A DNA stretch of 64,000 nucleotides from Alphaproteobacteria bacterium. GTDB taxonomy: Bacteria > Pseudomonadota > Alphaproteobacteria > MPNO01 > UBA830. Position numbers and translations under genes: made by a program. Every line of letters starts with the position of its first letter. Position 1 is the first letter of the stretch. The notes under the pieces are model-generated. The model did not search any database, was not told the DNA's origin, and saw only the letters and a program-made list of their open reading frames with translations. The stretch covers positions 5,568,001 to 5,632,000 of the forward strand of contig OZ251539.1 in NCBI GenBank assembly GCA_965243135.1, given 5' to 3'. Shown in pieces: positions 59,445 to 64,000 of the stretch.

Positions 59445-60365
59445 ATGAAAATCGCGGTCCCCGATCTGATCTCCAATTCCTATTTTCCGGCTCCCGCCGC
59501 CGTCGAGCTCGGCTTCTTCGAACGCGAGGGACTCGACATGGCGTGGGAACTCATTTTCCCGGTCGACGCCGCGAACGAGGCGCTGAGGGAGGGGCGCGTG
59601 GATTTCGTGGCCGGCTCCGCGCATGCGACCCAGTCGGCGTTTCCCGAATGGAACGGCGCGCGCCTCGTTTGCGCCCTGTCCCAGGGCATGTACTGGCTGC
59701 TGGTGGCCCGCGCTGACCTCGAAGTGGCGCCGGGCGACGCCGGCGCGCTCAAGGGCCTCGTCATCGGAGCCGCCCCATGGGTCGATCTCGGCCTCAAGCG
59801 CCTGCTTTCGGAAACCGGTCTCGATCCCGAAAATGACGTCCGGATCGCGCCCGTTCCGGGCGCCGTCGCGCCGGGCGTGTCGTTTGGCGTGACCGCCGCG
59901 AGGGCGCTGGAAGACAGGCGAATCGACGCGTTCTGGGCGAACGGCATGGGGGCCGAACTCGCCGTCAAGCGGGGCGCGGGAACGGTCGTGCTCGATCCGC
60001 GGCGAGGACTCGGTCCGGCTTCCTCGTTCCAGTACACCCAGCCGGCGCTCGCCGCGACGGAAGAAATGATCGAGCGCGAACCCGAGACCGTCGCGAGCGC
60101 TGTGCGCGCGGTCGTCCGGGCGCAGAAGGCGTTGAAGGAGGACGTCGGGCTCGCGACCGAGGTCGGGCGCCGGATATTCCCGGAGGAGGAAGCGGCGCTG
60201 ATCGCAGGCGTGGTCGAGCGCGATCTGCCGTTCTACGATCCGGCGATCACGGAGGCGTTCGTCGAAGGCATGAAGTCGTTTTCTCGGGATATGGGCCTTC
60301 TTCGGGGGGATCCTGGTTTCGAGGAGGTGGTGGCGACCCGTTTCGCCGGGCTGTGGGAGGCGTAG
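59445..60365 (+). CDS. ABC substrate-binding protein, SsuA/NMT1 family
   Basis: YFPAPAAVELGFFEREGLD motif; GGAGG RBS. Confidence 0.8.
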   Translation: MKIAVPDLISNSYFPAPAAVELGFFEREGLDMAWELIFPVDAANEALREGRVDFVAGSAHATQSAFPEWNGARLVCALSQGMYWLLVARADLEVAPGDAGALKGLVIGAAPWVDLGLKRLLSETGLDPENDVRIAPVPGAVAPGVSFGVTAARALEDRRIDAFWANGMGAELAVKRGAGTVVLDPRRGLGPASSFQYTQPALAATEEMIEREPETVASAVRAVVRAQKALKEDVGLATEVGRRIFPEEEAALIAGVVERDLPFYDPAITEAFVEGMKSFSRDMGLLRGDPGFEEVVATRFAGLWEA

Positions 60366-60372
60366 TCGCGGT

Positions 60373-61281
60373 TCAGGCGCGCGGGCGCGACACCATTATG
60401 ACGCCGGCCAGCACGAGCGCCGTCCCGACGCCGTGATAGGGGCGCAGGAATTCGTCGAAGAAAGCGATGCCGAGAACGGCGCCGAAGACCGGGTGCAGAC
60501 ACATGAAGGAGGACGCGCGGTTGGGGCCGATCCGGAGCGTGCCGTAGTTCCAGCAGGCCCAGGCGGCGACGGTGCTGAACAACGCGACGTAAGCGAGGCT
60601 GCCGAAGGCGAGGGGAGTCCACGTCATCGTTTCGCCGAGACCGCGCTCGACGGCAAGCGCCGGGACCAGCCAGATCGCGCCTCCGGCCGCCAGCGCGACC
60701 AGCAGGGTCCACGGCGACACGCCGGGCGTCGCGCGCTTGAGCAGCGCCATGTACAGAGCCCAGCACAAGACCGCGCCGAGCATGTAGAGATCGCCCCATC
60801 CGAACTCGAGCCCCAGCAGTATCCCGGGGCGCCCGCGAGTCACCACGACGGCGACGCCGGCGAAGCAGGCCGCGATGCCGGCGGCCTGACGGTGGTCGGC
60901 CAGTTCGCGGAGGAGCATCCACGAAAAGAAAACCGCCGCCACCGGAACGCCCGCGTTAATGACCGCGGCGTTGATGACGGTCGTGCGCAGGATCGAAAAA
61001 TACACGAGCGTGTTGCCGGCGACGAACAGCGCGGACAGCGCGGCGAGCGCGGGCAGGTTGCGGCGGAGGGCGGGCCAGTCCTCGCGCAGCGGCGCGAACG
61101 GCGCGACGAGGGCGGCGGCGGCGAGATGGCGCCAGAAGGACAGTGCGACCGGCGGCGCGTCGACGTTGGCCCAGCGTCCGACGGCGAAATTGCCGCTCCA
61201 GCAGAGAATGGCGAAGGCCAGCAGGAGATAGGGGCTGCGGAGCGCCGCGCCGAGCGGCGAATTCCCCCGGCCGCCGGTCAA
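60373..61281 (-). CDS. DMT/EamA family transporter
   Basis: About 10 TM segments; WSGNF, GDLYML, IGPNRAS; TTG start overlapping the ubiD stop. Confidence 0.85.
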   Translation of the reverse strand: MTGGRGNSPLGAALRSPYLLLAFAILCWSGNFAVGRWANVDAPPVALSFWRHLAAAALVAPFAPLREDWPALRRNLPALAALSALFVAGNTLVYFSILRTTVINAAVINAGVPVAAVFFSWMLLRELADHRQAAGIAACFAGVAVVVTRGRPGILLGLEFGWGDLYMLGAVLCWALYMALLKRATPGVSPWTLLVALAAGGAIWLVPALAVERGLGETMTWTPLAFGSLAYVALFSTVAAWACWNYGTLRIGPNRASSFMCLHPVFGAVLGIAFFDEFLRPYHGVGTALVLAGVIMVSRPRA

Positions 61282-62714
61282 CGGTATTTCGGCGGCAGAT
61301 GGTCGGCGTATCTTGCGCGGATGCGTTCGTCGAGCTCTTTCGACGAACGCGCGACGGCCGGAAACGCGTCCCGCCGCCTGAACGGTCTGCAGGCGTCGAT
61401 CACCATGCGCGAATTGCGCCGGTCGGTCTCGTCGTCGTAGCACATCGGGTCGAGGTGGGTGCTCCAGCAGCCGTTGATGACGTCGACGTCGTCCCGCGGG
61501 TCGAAGCGCGTGCACATCGCCCAGACAACCTCGTTCATGTTCGCAGGGTCGATGTCGTCGTCGACGACGACGGTCCACCGGTTCGCGTAAGCGCCGCCGT
61601 GGCACTGCGAAGCGACGAGTCCGGCCTGTTTCGCGTGGCCGCCGTACATCTGCTTGACGGCGACGGTCAGCCACATGCGGCTGCCTCCCGCCTCGTGCGC
61701 GTAAACTCCCTTTATCTCGGGCACGCCGGCCGCTTCGAGCTGGTTCCAGACGGCCGCCGCCCGGTACGCGCCCATGTAGTAAGTGTTGTCGTTGGGCGGC
61801 ATGCCGGGAATGGCGCCCGTGATCACGGGATCGTCCCGGTGCATCAGGGTTTCTATGCGGATCGCAGGTTCCGGGCGCTGTCCGCCGGCGTAGTAGCCGG
61901 TCCATTCGCCGAGCGGTCCTTCCATCGCCTTGTCGCCGGGCGCGATGAACCCCTCGAACGCGATTTCGGCGGCGGCCGGGACGGGCAGGCCGGTTTTCGG
62001 CATGTTGATGACCTCGACGGGCTCGCCGAAGATTCCGCCCACCACGTCGAACTCGTTCTTGCCGTACGGCACTTCGAAGCCCGCGATCATGTACATCACG
62101 GGGTGAACGCCGGCGACGACCGCGACCGGGCAGTTTTCGCCGCGCGCATGATGCTTCTCCATGATGAGGCGGCCGTGCTTGCCCGGCGACATCATCACGG
62201 TGGCGAGGCGCGGCTCGTGGGACTGGACCCGGTAGGCGCCGTAATTGACCCAGCCCGTGTCGGGGTCGCGCATGACGACCATGCATCCGGTGCCGATGTA
62301 GTTTCCGCCGTCGCGTTCGTGCCATTTGGGGGCGGGCAGGGAGCCGATGTCGACCGCTTCCCCTTCGGCGACGTTTTCGACCAGGGGGCCGCCGTTGACT
62401 TCCGTCGGAGGATGGTTCGGCGCGTCGCCGAGATAATGGCGCCACCAGTTCACGAGATCGGTCTCCGAGGCGTCCGGCGGCAAGCCCAGAGCGATGGCGC
62501 AGCGCGGGCGCGACATGATGATGTTCGCGAGCACCCGGCGCCCCTTCGGGTATCCCGGCACGTCGTCGAACAGCAGGGCCGGATTGCCGAGGTCGCGCAT
62601 GTAGATGTCGACGATTCCGCCGATGTCCTCCCCGGTTTCGGCGCCCGAAATGCGCTTGAGTTCGCCGATCCCGTCGATTTCGGCGATGAAGTCGCGGAGG
62701 TCCTTGTTGGCCAC
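61278..62714 (-). CDS. UbiD family decarboxylase (intact)
   Basis: DLRDFI, DGGNYIGT, NYGAYR, EGPLGEWTGYY, IDACRP. Confidence 0.92.
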   Translation of the reverse strand: MANKDLRDFIAEIDGIGELKRISGAETGEDIGGIVDIYMRDLGNPALLFDDVPGYPKGRRVLANIIMSRPRCAIALGLPPDASETDLVNWWRHYLGDAPNHPPTEVNGGPLVENVAEGEAVDIGSLPAPKWHERDGGNYIGTGCMVVMRDPDTGWVNYGAYRVQSHEPRLATVMMSPGKHGRLIMEKHHARGENCPVAVVAGVHPVMYMIAGFEVPYGKNEFDVVGGIFGEPVEVINMPKTGLPVPAAAEIAFEGFIAPGDKAMEGPLGEWTGYYAGGQRPEPAIRIETLMHRDDPVITGAIPGMPPNDNTYYMGAYRAAAVWNQLEAAGVPEIKGVYAHEAGGSRMWLTVAVKQMYGGHAKQAGLVASQCHGGAYANRWTVVVDDDIDPANMNEVVWAMCTRFDPRDDVDVINGCWSTHLDPMCYDDETDRRNSRMVIDACRPFRRRDAFPAVARSSKELDERIRARYADHLPPKYR

Positions 62715-62758
62715 GTCGTGTCTCCCTGTCGGTTGCCGGCGCGCGGACGTCCGGCCTG

Positions 62759-63595
62759 TCAGAATCCGGAGATCGTATAGCGCCGCAAGAGCCGGTCTTC
62801 ATCCGCGGGGAAGTCCGTTCTCGCATGGTTGAGGCAGCGATTGTCCCAGATCAGCACGTCGCCGACCGCCCATTTGTGGGCGTATACGAAGCGCGGGTCT
62901 TCCGCGTGATCGAAAAGCCGGTCGAGCAGCGCGTCGCTTTCCCGGCGGTCCATTCCGACGACGTAGCGCGTCATCAGCCGGCTCAGATACAGCGACCTGC
63001 GGCCGGTGACCGGATGAACTCTGACAAGCTCGTGAGTCGCCGACGAACTGTTGGCGTCGTTCTCGTCGGCGGCTTCGTCGCGGAAAGTGTCGTCGTAGCC
63101 GTAGACGTGCCGGGCGCGCAGCCCTTCGAGGCGAGCCTTCATGCCGTCCTCGAGCGCGTCCCATGCGGCGGCGAGGTTCGCGAACAGCGTATCGCCGCCT
63201 CGCGAAGGTATCCTGATGGCGTGAAGCGAGGTTGCGGCGTAGGGAACGTCGCGGTGCGCTCCGTCGGAGTGAAACTGCATTTCGCCGTCGGGCAGGGAGC
63301 CGACGGGCACGCCGTTCTTGCGGATATTGCTCACCAGCATCACGCCGCGTTTCCTGATTTCGTCGCCGCCGTGTCCTGAGCGCACCCGGTAACCGGTGTC
63401 GACGGGACCGAACGCGTCCACGAAGCGCGCATGTTCGGTCGCGGAAAGGCGCTGGCCGCGCACGCAAAGAACGGAGTGCCGCGCGAAGGCGTCGCGGAGC
63501 GCTCGGGCGGCCGCGTCGCCGATCGGACGGCGCAGATCGATTCCGGCGACGGACGCGCCCACCACGGAGCTGAGCGGCGCGAATTCCGGCATCAT
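62759..63595 (-). CDS. TauD/TfdA family 2-oxoglutarate-dependent dioxygenase
   Basis: FHSDG (HxD), GGDTLFAN, WDNRCLNHAR. Confidence 0.92.
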   Translation of the reverse strand: MMPEFAPLSSVVGASVAGIDLRRPIGDAAARALRDAFARHSVLCVRGQRLSATEHARFVDAFGPVDTGYRVRSGHGGDEIRKRGVMLVSNIRKNGVPVGSLPDGEMQFHSDGAHRDVPYAATSLHAIRIPSRGGDTLFANLAAAWDALEDGMKARLEGLRARHVYGYDDTFRDEAADENDANSSSATHELVRVHPVTGRRSLYLSRLMTRYVVGMDRRESDALLDRLFDHAEDPRFVYAHKWAVGDVLIWDNRCLNHARTDFPADEDRLLRRYTISGF

Positions 63596-63888
63596 GGATC
63601 CATCTCCCGGTTTGCGAAACCACGGCCGCACTATAGATGCCGCGATACCGGGCAGAAAGAGGCGGGATCGTCCGGCGCGCCTCGCGGCCGCCGCGTCGGG
63701 CCGCGGGCGTTCCGTCGGGCCGTTCCGCCCCGGCGTAACTCGTGGAGCCGCCGGTTCCGGGCGCCCGAGGCGGCGGCATGGACGTCGTTCTTTCGGCGCT
63801 CCGCTGGACGCGTGAATCCTCCCTCGCTAGAGTCGGAGAGTTCGGCTTCGGGCCGGCAAGCGACGCTTTCGACATGGGAGGCTCAGAA

Positions 63889-64000
63889 ATGCGGTCTTTT
63901 TTCGTCTTGCTGATATGCGCGCTCGCGGGGACGGCGCACGCGTCCGGCAAGCAGGCGCTGACGGTCGCGATCTCCCCGGACATCCCGCCCTACGTGACCG
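63889..64000 (+). CDS. Partial periplasmic substrate-binding protein (family 3-like), runs off the window end
   Basis: GGAGG RBS; MRSFFVLLICALAGTAHASGKQALTVAISPDIPPYVT (signal peptide, PPY motif). Confidence 0.6.
   Translation, partial: MRSFFVLLICALAGTAHASGKQALTVAISPDIPPYVT

Overview
High-GC bacterial chromosomal window; gene content suggests an alphaproteobacterium, possibly host-associated (inference). The backbone is catabolic and transport genes: an iron/polyamine-type ABC importer with two ATPases, amidohydrolases, SDRs, an enolase-OsmC-IlvD operon, CoA ligases, two MenB/BadI-type crotonases, an eight-gene CoA-dependent beta-oxidation cluster, two UbiD decarboxylases, GMC, VOC, LLM, ETF-QO, ABC-F and TauD. 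There are two paralogous autotransporters; the first has a C16 tract that puts its upstream start codon out of frame. Accessory patches are interspersed, most of them lower in GC. (1) 11.3-15.0 kb: a frameshifted AAA+PD-(D/E)XK gene bounded by a 13-bp direct repeat, a uvrA remnant, an intact methyltransferase with a broken PvuII-like nuclease, and a helicase stub. (2) 25.6-27.3 kb: a DUF262 gene bracketed by a duplicated gene 3' end. (3) 29.1-30.8 kb: an intact IS with 18-bp inverted repeats and a 9-bp target duplication, splitting ubiD. (4) 31.2-35.7 kb: a putative defence island with DUF2188 plus a TIR/NDT-like protein, a TIGR04255-like/unknown/ART-like triplet, and MT-A70 plus a decayed BglII-family nuclease. 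No rRNA, tRNA or CRISPR array was seen. All family assignments come from motif recognition, not database searches.
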